A stretch of DNA of 64,000 nucleotides, from the NCBI RefSeq assembly GCF_009914755.1, contig NC_060935.1; one strand, 5' to 3'. A model generated the notes under the pieces. It did no database searches. It was not told the origin of the DNA and saw only the letters and a list, made by a program, of their open reading frames with translations. Both the position numbers and the translations under genes were made by a program. Positions 29,766-42,000 of the stretch are shown piece by piece; the first letter of the stretch is position 1; each line of letters begins with the position of its first letter. Origin of the DNA: the human T2T-CHM13v2.0 reference genome, Homo sapiens.

Positions 29766-31550
29766 GTGAGACAAAACCCAGCCGCACCTCCAGCACACAA
29801 GAACTTCAAAATGCCTAAGTCGCATGTGCCTAAGCCGCAGCAGTCAAGCATTCCTGCAGGACCTTCTCCATCAGGATCTTGCTTCAAGTGCCAGAAATCT
29901 GGCCACTGGGCCAAGGAATGCCCACAGCCCAGGATTCCTCCTAAGCCATGTCCCATCTGTATAGGACCCCACTGAAAATCAGACTGTCCAACTCACCCGG
30001 CAGCCGCTCCCAGAGCCCCTGGAACTCTGGCCCAAGGCTCTCTGATTCCTTCCCAGATCTTGGCTTAGTGGCTGAAGACTGATGCTCCCCGATCACCTCA
30101 GAAGCTTCCTGGACCATCACAGACACTTTGGGTAACTCTTACAGTGGAGGGTAAGTCCATCCCCTTCTTAATCATTACAGAGGCTACCCACTCCACATTA
30201 CCTTCTTTTCAAGGGCCTGTTTCCCTTGCCTCCATAACTGTTGTGGGTATTGACAACCAGGCTTCTAAGCCTCTTAAAACTCCCCAACTCTGGTGCCAGT
30301 TTGGACAATATTCTTTTATGCACTCCTTTTTAGTTATCCCTGCCTGCCCAGTTCCCTTATTAGGCCGAGACATTTTAACTAAATTATCTGCTTCCTATGC
30401 TACAGCCACACCTCATTGCCACCCTTTTCTCCAGTTCAAAGCCTCCTTCACATCCTGCTCTTGTATCTCCCCATTTTAATCCACAACTATAGGATACCTC
30501 TACTCCCTCCTTGGTGACCGATCATGCACCCCTTACCATCCCATTAAAACCTAATCACCCTTACCCCACTTAAGGCCAATATCCCATCCCACAGCACACT
30601 TTAAAAGGATTAAAGCCTGTTATCACTTGCCTGTTACAACATGGCCTTTTAAAGCCTATAAACTCTCCTTACAATTCCCCCGTTTTACCTGTCCTAAAAC
30701 CAGACAAGCCTTACAGATTAATTCAGGATCTGCACCTTATCAACCAAATTGTGTTGCCTATCCACCCCATGGTGCCAAACCCATATACTCTCCTATTCTC
30801 AATACCTCCCTCCACAACCCGTTCTGTTCTAGATAAACCTAGCTGACCCCATAAATCCTAAATCCTTTCCCCACTCCCCTTTCCATTCCTTAAAAAACAG
30901 CCCTAAAAGCTGCTCCCACACTAGCTCTCCCTAACTCATCCCAACCCTTTTCATTACACACAGCTGAAGTGCAGGGCTGTGCGGTCAGAATGCTTACACA
31001 AGAGCTGGGACTGCACCCTGTAGCCTTTTTATCCAAACAACTTGACCTTACTGTTTTAGTCTAGCCCTCATGTCTGCATGCAGCTGCTGCCACTGCCTTA
31101 ATACTTTTAGAGGCCCTCAAAATCACAAACTATGCTCAACTCACTCTCTACAGTTCTCATAACTTACATAATCTATTTTCTTCCTCACACCTGATACATA
31201 TACTTTCTGCCCCCTTCCACTACCTCTCAGCAAGCCGAACTCATTGCCTTAACTTGAGCCCTCACTCTTCCAAAAGGACTGCACGTCAATATTTATACTG
31301 ACTCTAAATATGCCTTCCATATCCTGCACCACCATGCTGTTATATGGGCAAGAAGAGGTTTCCTCACTATGCAAGGGTCCTCCATTATTAATTCCTCTTT
31401 AATAAAAACTCTTCTCAAGGCCGGTTTACTTCCAAAGGAAGCTGGAGTCATTCACTGCAAGGGCCGTCAAAAGGCATCAGATCCCATTGCTCAGGGCAAC
31501 GCATAGGCTGATAAGGTAGCTAAAAAAGCAGCTAGTGTTCCAACTTCTGT
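29766..31550 (+). pseudogene. HERV-H gag(NC)-pro-pol remnants of provirus 1
   Basis: CFKCQKSGHWAKEC zinc knuckle; protease-like FLIITEATHS...LLGRDILTKL; fragmented RT/RNase H. Confidence 0.9.
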
Positions 31551-32102
31551 CCACCCCCAAAATTTTTGCTGCCCCAACACTTCAATACTATTTTATGTGA
31601 TTTTTCTTATTAATATAAGAAGACAGGAATGTCAGGGCTCTGAGACCAAGCTAAGCCATCATATACCCTGTGACCTGCTTGTATACATCCAGATGGCCCA
31701 AAGTAACTGAAGAATCACAGAAGAAGTGGAAATGGCCTGTTCCTGCCTTAACTGATGACATTACCTTGTGAAATTCCTTCACCTGGGTCATCCTGGCTCA
31801 AAAGCTCCCCCACTGAGCACCTTGTGACCCCCACCCCTGCCAGTCAAAGAACAACCCCCTTTGAGTGTAATTTTCCACTACCTACCTAAATCCTATAAAA
31901 CGGCCCGACCCCTATATCCCTTTGCTGGCTATATCCCTTCACTGGCTCTCTTTTTGGACTCAGCCTGCCTAGACCCAGGTGATTAAAAAGCTTTATTGCT
32001 CACACAAAGCCTGTTTGGTGGTCTCTTCACACGGTCGTGTGTGAAAATCATTTTTTAATTTAATCTACACAATGAATTCTATGACTCAAGTGCTATTATT
32101 AT

Positions 32103-32811
32103 TTAAACTGCCTTTACAAAAATCATAATTGAGGAAATTATGACAGTGGAAATTATGACAACCCCATCTTCCTTCTAACCTCTAAACTGTCTTTGTCCAT
32201 TCCTGGGCATAGGCCTTGGGAAAGAATTTAGTTTATAGTTTAAATTCTGAAACAAAATATTGCTAATAGTCTTTTCCCAAAAAAAACCCCTTCTTGCCTG
32301 AGGACCAGTCTGTCTTTGTCAGACTAACAAATCAGCCACAAAATTAGAGATTGTGGTTCAGGGGCCATGCAGCCTCTGGCTGTAGGAGTCTGAATCTCCC
32401 CAAATTGCTCCTGGGAATAACATCACTGTTGCAAAACTTAAGATAGGTGCTTGAGATATTTTGCAGACCCGGCAATCCCGCAGCAGATAACACCACTCAG
32501 GCCAATAATCTGGCTCAACCAATTTGGCGATCCCACCCAGGAACAGAAGTCATCAAGAATAACTCACTTCGACCCCCCTATGATTTCATCTTTAAACCGA
32601 CCAATCAGCACTCCCACTTTTCTAGGCCTTACCTGCCAACTTATCCTTAAAAACTGATCCCTGAATGCTCTGGGAGGCTGATTTGAGTAATAATAAAACT
32701 GGTTTCCCACACAGACTTCTCTGCATGAATTACTTTTGCCATTGCAATTCCCTTCTTAATAAATAGGCTCTGGGTAGGCAGCAGGAAAGGTGAACCCAAT
32801 GGGCAGTTACA
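32103..32811 (+). mobile_element. ERV1 solo LTR (LTR8/LTR8A-like) inserted in a MIR
   Basis: aaactgcctttacaaaa...gggcagttaca; 4-bp TSD ttat (32099-32102 and 32812-32815); MIR sequence continues on both sides. Confidence 0.8.
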
Positions 32812-33551
32812 TTATATTTTATAAATGAAGAACCTGAGGTTTAGAAAGATTAAGTAATTTAGCATAGGTAGTACATGTAATAAATGCTGGAGTTGAAATA
32901 CAAACACAGAGAAATTCCAAAGCTGATATTCTTTACCATGACACTAATATAAGGCAGAAGTTTTAAGAGTGGTTGAAAAATGCTCACAGTCAACTTGGAA
33001 GAAAGACAGGTAGGAGTGATACATATACATGGAGATTGAGGAGAGGCTGGAAAGAAGACAACTGGCAAAGAATGTCACATTGGCAAAGGCAGGGAGGTAG
33101 GCGTTTACATAGAGATTTAGGCATAATGGGTTGAAACTATTTATAGAGTTTAGGGTGATAATAATGAAAAGCTAAGAACCAAAACTGTGGAGATTATCAG
33201 GTTGTTTCTCATTTAGTTGAAAGTGCAGGGGGAGGGAAAGAATTATCAAGCTTAGTCAGAAAAACATCTCTTAACCACGAAATGCAAAGACTTGAAAAAC
33301 AAACCCTAAACTACAAATGTCAGAGAGTACTTCACTCTGAGATTTGAATCCAAATGCCATTAAAAGTTTATTACTTCCTGAAGAAATGCAGTCATTGAGA
33401 TGTTGATGGGTGAACTTTTACTTAAAAAGGTTATTCTGAAATGCTGTGGTTCTTAATGGAGTTTTTTTTTTAAACCATGCTTTCTGATAGGAAACTTAGC
33501 AACCAGGGACTTTGCTCACCCTATACCCTTGAGACACTACTGTCCTCCAAA

Positions 33552-33858
33552 TGTTGTAGGACTTTCTGCTTTCTCCTTAGTTCAGCTAAAAATGGGGTTC
33601 TTGTCACATGACCAGGAAGGATGAAGCTCATGAATACATAGAAGTGTGCAAAAAATGGAATTTATTGGGTGAAAAGGAAAAAAAACAAAACTAATCTCAC
33701 AGATTGGATTCCCAGGTGACCACCCAAGAACAGAAGAGGCCAGGCTCCTCCCCACTGCAAATGGTGTGAACTTCCTGAGGCTCCACCCCAGTTTGCACTC
33801 CTCCCAGTGCAGGTTGGTCAGAGGTTCTCTGGGGACCTCTTTTTACTTGGCTCTCTCA
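33552..33858 (-). mobile_element. ERV1 solo LTR (MER61/MER50-like)
   Basis: TG...CA ends with 4-bp TSD caaa (33548-33551 and 33859-33862); antisense AATAAA at 33661. Confidence 0.65.
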
Positions 33859-34164
33859 CAAACTTCCTTTACTTGGATTATGCTTAACTATCCTTCAAAG
33901 ATCAACTCTGGTAGAAAGAGCATTGGAGGGATCCAGATGGTAGACAGATCACACACATTTATTCCTGGAAACTGAGCCATAGCCCTGCAGACTGTCTTTC
34001 CATCATTCATATTAGAAGCCATGGCCCTGTTGGCAAGGGATTTACAGAGGAAGGAGAATGTCTGAAAACTGTATTTCAGAACACCAAACTGGAAGGGGTG
34101 TTCTCTGGGTCAATACCTCCCTAGGGGTTGCTGTAAATAATAAGTGATCTCAAGTCCTTTCTAG

Positions 34165-34634
34165 AAAAATGGCTCAGAATAGGCTACTCAAAATATGGTG
34201 CCTTCATGTATTGAATATTTTAAGCTGAAGGAATTTGAGAAACAGCAGGTTTTCTCTCCTGAAGCAGGTCATAAGACTCTCATGTGAGAGGTGCCCTTCC
34301 TATACCTGGAAGAAAGGAGCATCCTTATCTCCGAACATGCCAAGAATAATATGAACAAACAGGCCTTGATCAGTTTTCCCCAATTTACTACCCTTAGCTC
34401 ATACCCTTTTATTTTATCACTTTCTACTCCTCACCAAACTTAGTGTAAAAACACTCAGGCTTAACCATTTCTTCAGATCTTTATTTCCTTGTGAAGACTC
34501 CCATGTTATGTAAAACTTATATTAAATAAATTTGTATGTTTTTCTCAATAATATTTCTTTTGCAAGTCCAGTTTACAGGGCCCCATATGGAGAACCCAGG
34601 AGGGTGTACAAAGAATAATTTTTTCCTCTACTAC
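34165..34634 (+). mobile_element. ERV1 solo LTR (MER34/MER39-like)
   Basis: tattgaatattttaagctgaaggaatttgaga...taaataaatttgtatg...ttcctctactaca. Left boundary approximate. Confidence 0.6.
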
Positions 34635-35183
34635 ACCAGTATCTTCCCAAACCCAGCACACACTAACCATTTACTTACAGAAGTCCACTCAGATGAACCA
34701 AGACATCAATCTTCTTGTCTTTAAGCAATAATTATTTTAGCTCACAGTGGTAACACTGGTTTACCTGTGATCATCGGAAATCTTGATTGACAGTTTGCCT
34801 TTGGTTACCAAAAGATGAAAAGAAAAATTTCTAATGATAAAATAACACAACAAAAGTGAAATACTAATAAATAAATATGGCAGACATTTTTGTGTCTTCA
34901 TTTTGTTGATAAGGAAGTTGAGACTCAGAGAGCTGAATGAACTTGTCTAAGCTAGTAAGTGAAGCTGGGACTTGAACTCAGAGCATTTGATTCCAAAATA
35001 TGAGCTCTTTACTGTTATTTAACTGTTATTATGAGGGGAAGGAGCTTCTACATAAACCACAGGAATAAGGGGAGGATCCTCAATAAGAAGAATTAGAAAA
35101 GTAAGTAAAACTATAATTATGGGAAGAATTAGAAAAGTAAATACAACTACAATTATGAGTCTAGATTGAATTAGATGGCTTCA

Positions 35184-35520
<337 letters not shown>

Positions 35521-35570
<50 letters not shown>

Positions 35571-35621
35571 CTATCTATCTATCTATCTATCGATATAGAT
35601 ATTGATAGATAGATAGATATA
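35521..35621. repeat. (TCTA)n/(GATA)n tetranucleotide STR
   Basis: Directly visible. Confidence 0.97.
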
Positions 35622-35882
35622 TCTGAATATGTTCAGTTAAACCAACTGTCAGATCAGGAACAGTCATTCTAGGAAAGTTCTGTTGATTGACAGTGGCAGC
35701 AAGTGTTGTAGACAGAGCCCTGGACAGGTAATCAGGTGAGCTAGGTTCTTCCTCAACTAACTAGGTGATCTTGGGAAAGTCACTTCCCAACTGGGGCTCC
35801 CTGGACTTCAGTTTTTCTATTCACAGAATAAAGGGATTTTCCAAAAACAATTCTTGGGAACAACATCAGATCTGTGGTATAT

Positions 35883-36391
35883 TGTATTAGTTATCAATGC
35901 CTGTGTAACAACCCACCTCAAAACCTAGTGGCTTAGAGTATCAACTATTTATTATTTTTAAAGATTCTGCAGGTTGCTTGGCTTCAACTATATTGTTTTG
36001 TATTCTGTATGGTCTTGGCTGGATTCTCTTACCTGGTTGTATTCTGCTGGGAAATTGGTTGGGGTTAGAACATCTAAGAAGGCTCCACTTACTCAGCTGA
36101 GGTGGCTGGAGAGGCTGGTGACTAGGTAGATTTCTTTATCCAATAGCATAGTTAAAGTTCTTACATAGCAGCCAGTTGCTAAGAGAGCAAAACAAGAATC
36201 TGGCAGGCCTCCTAAGGGCTAGGTCCAGAACAGACACAGCATCACTCTTGCCACGTTCTACGGAACAAAGTAAATCACAAGGCCAGCTTAGATTTTAGGG
36301 GTGGGGAGATGGACTGTTGATAGGAGGAGCAGCCTGTGCATATAGGGATGAGAGAAATTGGTGGTGGCCAATCCTGGAGACAATCTACACA
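35883..36391 (-). mobile_element. MLT1-type MaLR LTR
   Basis: tgtattagttatc...tgtaacaacccacctcaaaacctagtggctta...gtaaatcacaaggccagc. Confidence 0.75.
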
Positions 36392-37039
36392 CACTATGAA
36401 TAAAGAATTCCATGGTCATATAAGTGTAGGAAATCTGGGTAAAACGCAATTAAGAAGGTTTCTTAGCAGCAAATCTTATTAGAGTTGTTAAAATGCTCAT
36501 CAAAGTGCCAAGAATAATGTAAAGTAAAGGCAGTAAAAGAAGGGTTACAACTTTTAATTTCTAGCCTAACTTCACCCTTCCTGACCTTCCTGCCCAGATC
36601 AATCGATATGAGAGAAGAGGAAAAAAATGTAGCTAGCCAACCAGGAAATATTTATGGTTAAACTGGCTACTATACACAATTGCAGTCTTTGAGAGATGTA
36701 AAATGTCTCCAGGAAGTTGCAAAGGACCTGGACCAATTTCAGTATTTTTTCCATCCTTCATGGAAACAGATACTTTTCTTATTAAAGCCTTCTTCTGCAT
36801 TAATAGGGACTCTGGACTTGTTGCTGAGCAAATGATTTCTTTCTGCCTTCAGAATCAGATTTTTAATGAGTTGCAATTATAATTGTTGTGGGAAGATAAT
36901 GAAATCTGGGATGACTTTTCAATTTATGTCTCATATTAAGCAACTGGCATTTTATTAACTGTCTGGTCAGCTCAAAAGCACAAAGATGACCCAACAGAGT
37001 GGCTGATGCTCTGCAGAGACGGTGTGTGTGTGTGGAAGC

Positions 37040-38410
37040 AGCCTCATGTGGAAGAAATGAACAGGCTCTGCAACCTGCCTGACCTGGCTTTGAAGTCCTT
37101 TTTCTCTGCTTACTTCTTGGGAATCCTTGGGGAAGTTACAGAATTTCTGTGAGCCTCAGTTTTCTTATCTATAAAATGAGGATTAAAAGTACGTAACTTC
37201 TAAAGGTTTTAGATTGATTAAATGTAATATTATATGCTTATCTTTTTATTCCAATCACTCATTTAACAAATATTTAGTTATTGAGTGCCTAGTGAGTTGC
37301 AGGCAAGGTACTATGTGCAGGGTAGCTAGTTATGTGGGGAGCAAAGAGAAACTTCCAGGCAGAGGGAACAGCAAATTCTAAGTTTCTAGCCTAATAAAGA
37401 ACTTAGTGTGTTTCAGGATCTGATACAAGAATGATCAGCATACAGTGAGGGGAAAGCTGATAAAGTAGGCAATGGAAGGAACGTGTAGGATGTAGGTAAG
37501 AAGCTTCAACTTTACTAAGTGCAATAGGAAGGCATCGTGGGATTCTGAGTACAGAAAAACATGGTCCAATTTACAGTACTCAAAAATCACTTCAGCTCCC
37601 TCTGTAGATTGGATTGAAGGTGAGCAAGAGTGGAGAGGAGGGAAACAATTAGGAAGACATGGCATAGTCCAGGAAAGAGTTGATGTTGGCATGTGCTGGG
37701 GTGGTGGTAGTGAGAATAAATATAAATTGACAAAATATTTATAGTTGAACTGGCAGGACTTGATCATGGACTGGATATAGAAAGTGAGAGAGATAAAGGG
37801 GTCAAAATTAATTTTTCTGGGTTTTGGTCTGGAAACTGGGCAGGCAGAGATTCCATTTTCTGAGAGGGGGCAAGGGCAGGTTTGCAGTGGGTGTCAGGGA
37901 GAGCTTCAGTGTGGGCATGCTATGTTTGCAAGAGAACCAGTTTAAGATGCCAAGTAGTTGACTAAATGTCTGAGACTAGGGACAAGATCTGAGGTCTTGG
38001 CTGCAGATATGAGCTTGGGGTTGTTAGCATACAGACACGGTTTAAAGCTGTGGCACTGGGTGAGATCAGAGAGGAGAAGGGCAGGAGTGAGTCTTGACCT
38101 GAATAAGATTGAATAAAGAAGAAGGAGCTAGTGGCAGAATGAGGGATGGCCAGCAGGGTGGGGGAAAAACAAAAGCATGGTGCTGAGGAAGCTAAGAGAG
38201 GAAGGAGAGTGTTTGTTAGAGGAAATATTTGAATGCTACAGAGAAGGTGAGCATGAGGAACAGTGAGTGGTCTGCCCATTGGATTTAGCACCATGGTGTG
38301 GTGTGGGTACTGGAAGAAAGAATGGGAAGTAAGGAAGTAAACGTAGTACAAATTGATACCTCTTTTGAGAAAGTATATTAGGAAGAGAGGAATGGAGGAG
38401 GTGTCTTAGA
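37040..38410. mobile_element. MIR plus long L2 fragments
   Basis: ctgtgagcctcagttttcttatctataaaatg (MIR); cattcaacaaatattt-like motif and ttccaggcagagggaacagc (L2). Confidence 0.65.
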
Positions 38411-39096
38411 AGGAGATGTGAGATCACAGGAAGTGCAGCAGGTATTCTTGGTTGTTTCCAAAATACCCATTCTCCCCTTCTTCCTTATTGCTCTGTTTTG
38501 GGACAGCAGGATGTTTAGTTAGAAAACTGTATTTCCCTGCCTCCCTTGCTATTTGGGGAAACCAGTGAGATGTAAGTAGAATTCATTGGGTGGAGTTTGT
38601 ATCTAATCTCTCTTAAAGGGACAGACTCAGTTATCTTCTTCCCTCCATATTTCCTAGATGGCAGACATGATGCCTATATTGTGTCAGGCCAGGTTTCACT
38701 AACAGCTGAACAGGCAAACCTCTAACAACTGTTTCAGCACTGACTGAGTGGTTAAGTTAAATATTAAAAGCTGAAAGAGTCAGTACCCTTATACAAAGGC
38801 TGGAATGTAACAAAAACCCACCAAGAGTTTTGCCCAGGCCTTTCTTGGGCCTTGAAGTATGATGAGATAATGAAGGAATTCTTAACAAGACCCGTTTAGG
38901 ATTAAACAAGTTTTATTGAGGGTCTGAAGAAACTCCCAAGACCTCTAAAAACAAGTTTTATTGGGGATCTAAAGGAAATCCCCAAACCTCCATGATTTAG
39001 CAGGAGAGAAGATTGCCCCCAGCACCTGGATCCATCCAGATTAAGTAAATTTACAGAGGCTCCAGAGGAAGGTCTTCAAAACTCAGACCTTAGTTA

Positions 39097-42000
39097 TTCA
39101 CTCGTGTCCATATGAAGAGACCACCAAACAGGCTTGGTGTGAGCAACAAGGCTGTTTATTTCATCTGGGTGCAGGCAGGCTGAGTCTGAAAAGAGGGTCA
39201 GTGAAGCGAGATAGGGGTGGGGCTGTTTTATAAGATTTAGGTAGGTAAAGGAAAATTACAGTCAAAGGGGAGTTGTTCTCTGGCGGGCAGGAGTGTGGGT
39301 CACAAGGTGCTCAGTGGGGGAGCTTTTTGAGCCAGGAGAAGGAATTTCAGAAGGTAATGTCATTAGTTAAGGCAAGGACTGGCCATTTTCACTTCTTTTG
39401 TGGTGGAATGTCATCAGTTAAGGCAGGAACAGGCCATTTAAAATTCACTTCTTTTGTGATTCTTCAGTTACTTCAGGCCATCTGGATGTATAGGTGCAGC
39501 TCACAGGGGATAATGATGGCTTAGCTTGGGCTCAGAGGCCTGACATTCCTGTCTTCTTATATTAATAAGAAAAATAAAATAGTGTTAAAGTGTTGGGGTG
39601 GTGAAAATTTTTGGGGGTGGTATGGAGAGATAATGGGCGATGTTTCTCAGGGCTGCTTTGAGCGGGATTAGGGGTGGCATGGAAACTTAGAGTGGGAGAG
39701 ATTAAGCTGAAGGAAGATTTTTTGGTAAGGGGTGATATTGTGGGGTTGTTAGAAGGAGCATTTGTCGTATAGAATTATTGGTGATGGCCTGGATACAGTT
39801 TTATATGAATTGAAAAAAGAACAGAATAAGACAAGGAGAAAAACAGGTATTAAAGGACTAAGAATTGGGAGGACCTAGGACATCCAATTAGAGAGTGCCC
39901 AAGGAGGTTCAGCATAGCCCTGCCAGCAAAGATTTATTTACTTTAAGAGGGTGTTAAGAGTGGCTATTTGGAGATAGCACCAGGAGATATGAGCTGTGAT
40001 GGCTTGGAGAAACAGTGTAAACCGGCAGTGTAAACAAAAGCAGGGCATTTATGAGAAGTTGAGAATGGTGAATAGGAGTATGACTAGACAGAAGATAGTA
40101 GGGATGACAAGTTTTTTGGGGCACAGTCCAAGTTGGTCTGGTGTCTGGAATGAGACTGGGGCCTAATAAAAAGGAGCGTCTATACAGGAGCTCAAATGGG
40201 CTGTACCCTGTAGCATTCTGAGGACAGGCCCGAATTCTGAGAAGGCAAGTGGTAAAGGTATTGTCCAGTCCTTTTTAAGTTGGTGGCTGAGCTTGGTGAG
40301 GTGTGTTTTTAAAAGACCATTAGTCCGTTTTACCTTTCCTGAAGATTGAGGACCATAAGGGGTATGAAGGTTTCACTTAATACCAAGAGCCTGAGAAACT
40401 GCTTGGGTGATTTGACTAATAAAGGCCAGTCTGCTATCGGAGTGTATAGAGGTGGGAAGGCTAAACTGAGGAATTATGTCTGACAAAAGGGAAGAAATGA
40501 CCGCAGTGGCCTTCTTAGACCCTGTGGGAAAGGCCTCTACCCATCCAGTGAAGGTGTCTACCCAGACCAAGAGGTATTTTAGTTTCCTGACTCGAGGCAT
40601 GTGAGTAAAGTCAATTTGCCAGTACCGAGCTTGATGCGTAGGGAGGGGAGGGGGGGCCTGAGAAATCCCTGAGGAGGAGTAGAATAGCAGATGGAACACT
40701 GAGAAGTGATTTCCTTGAGGACAGATTTCCATGATGGAAAGGAAATGAGAGGTTCTAAGAGATGGGCTAGTGGCTTGTAACCTACATGGAAGAGGTTATG
40801 AAATGACGACAGAATAGAATGGGTCGGTAAGACTAGAAAAGCAGCCCAAAGTAGCTGCATGGTCTGCAAAGACTTTTCCGTATTTTATTCAAATAGCACC
40901 TCATCAGCAAACCTTAGCGAATATTCAAACTCGGTTTCGACAGTCTTCTGAATCCCAGTCAAAACATTTCAACGTACATCACTTCATCTGATCCCCCCGC
41001 AATAGGCCTGGCAGTGACTTGGGGCTGGAACCAGTATCCAGTACCTACCACAGTGCTTGGCACATGGTAATAGCTCAGCGAACTGCCATCATTTTATAAA
41101 GGAAGAGACAGGCTGGAAGGAGATATTTTCCTTGGTCTAAGAACCATTTGCCTTGTGTGGGAAGAGATTGATAAGTGGAAGTTTCAATGGGGGAGTGGGA
41201 GGGAGTGACCAAAGTGAAGAAGAAAAACTGACCGTGAGGGACAGAAGTTGGAACGCTAGCTGCTTTTTTAGCTAACTTATCAGCATAAGCATTGTCCTGA
41301 GCGATGGGATCTGATGCCTTTTTGATGGCCCTTGCAGTGAATGACTCCAGCTTCCTTTGGAAGTAAAGTGGCTTTGAGAAGCGTTTTTATTAAAGAGGCA
41401 TTAATGATAGAGGACCCTTGTGTAGTGAGGAAACCTGTTGCATGGTGGTGCAGGATATGGAAGGCATGTTTAGAGTCAGTATAAATATTGATGTGTAGTC
41501 CTTTTGCAAGAGTGAGGGCTTGACTTAAGGCAATGAGAGGTAGTGGAGGGGGGCAGAGCTGTAGCCTCAATGATAGATGTGGAAGATACAATGGCATAGC
41601 CTGCCTTTGCTGGTGAGTGGCGATTAGGCCTGTTGGAACTGCCATCAATAAAGCAAGTGTGTTCACGGTGAGGAACAGGAAAGAAGGAAATATGGGGAAA
41701 TGGGGTGAATGTCAGGTGGATCAGAAAGATACTGTCATGGGGGTCAGGTGTGGTATCTGGAATAATGTGGTAGGCCCAATTGAAGTCTGGGCCAGGAACA
41801 ATGGTAATTGTGGGAGACTCAACAAAGAGTGAGTACAGCTGAAGGAGCCGGGGAGCAGAAAGTGTATGTGTCAGGTGTGAGGAAGAAAATAGATTTTGGA
41901 AGTTATGAGAACGGTAGAGAGTGAGTTGAGCATAGTTTATGATTTTAACGGCCTCTACAAGTATTAGGGCAGCGGCAGCCACTGCACGCAGGCTTGAGGG

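Larger units (their letters stand above)
27622..32046 (+). mobile_element. HERV-H provirus 1 (4.4 kb, heavily deleted, discordant LTRs)
   Basis: 5' LTR 27622-28034, tRNA-His PBS tggtgccatgactcagat at 28037-28054, gag CCHC knuckle, protease/RT/RNase H remnants, PPT aagaagacaggaa, 3' LTR 31630-32046. Confidence 0.97.

Noticed and set aside
35087-35158. Imperfect 36-bp direct repeat (two copies)
   Set aside because: Only two adjacent units with no spacers; an old tandem duplication, not an array.
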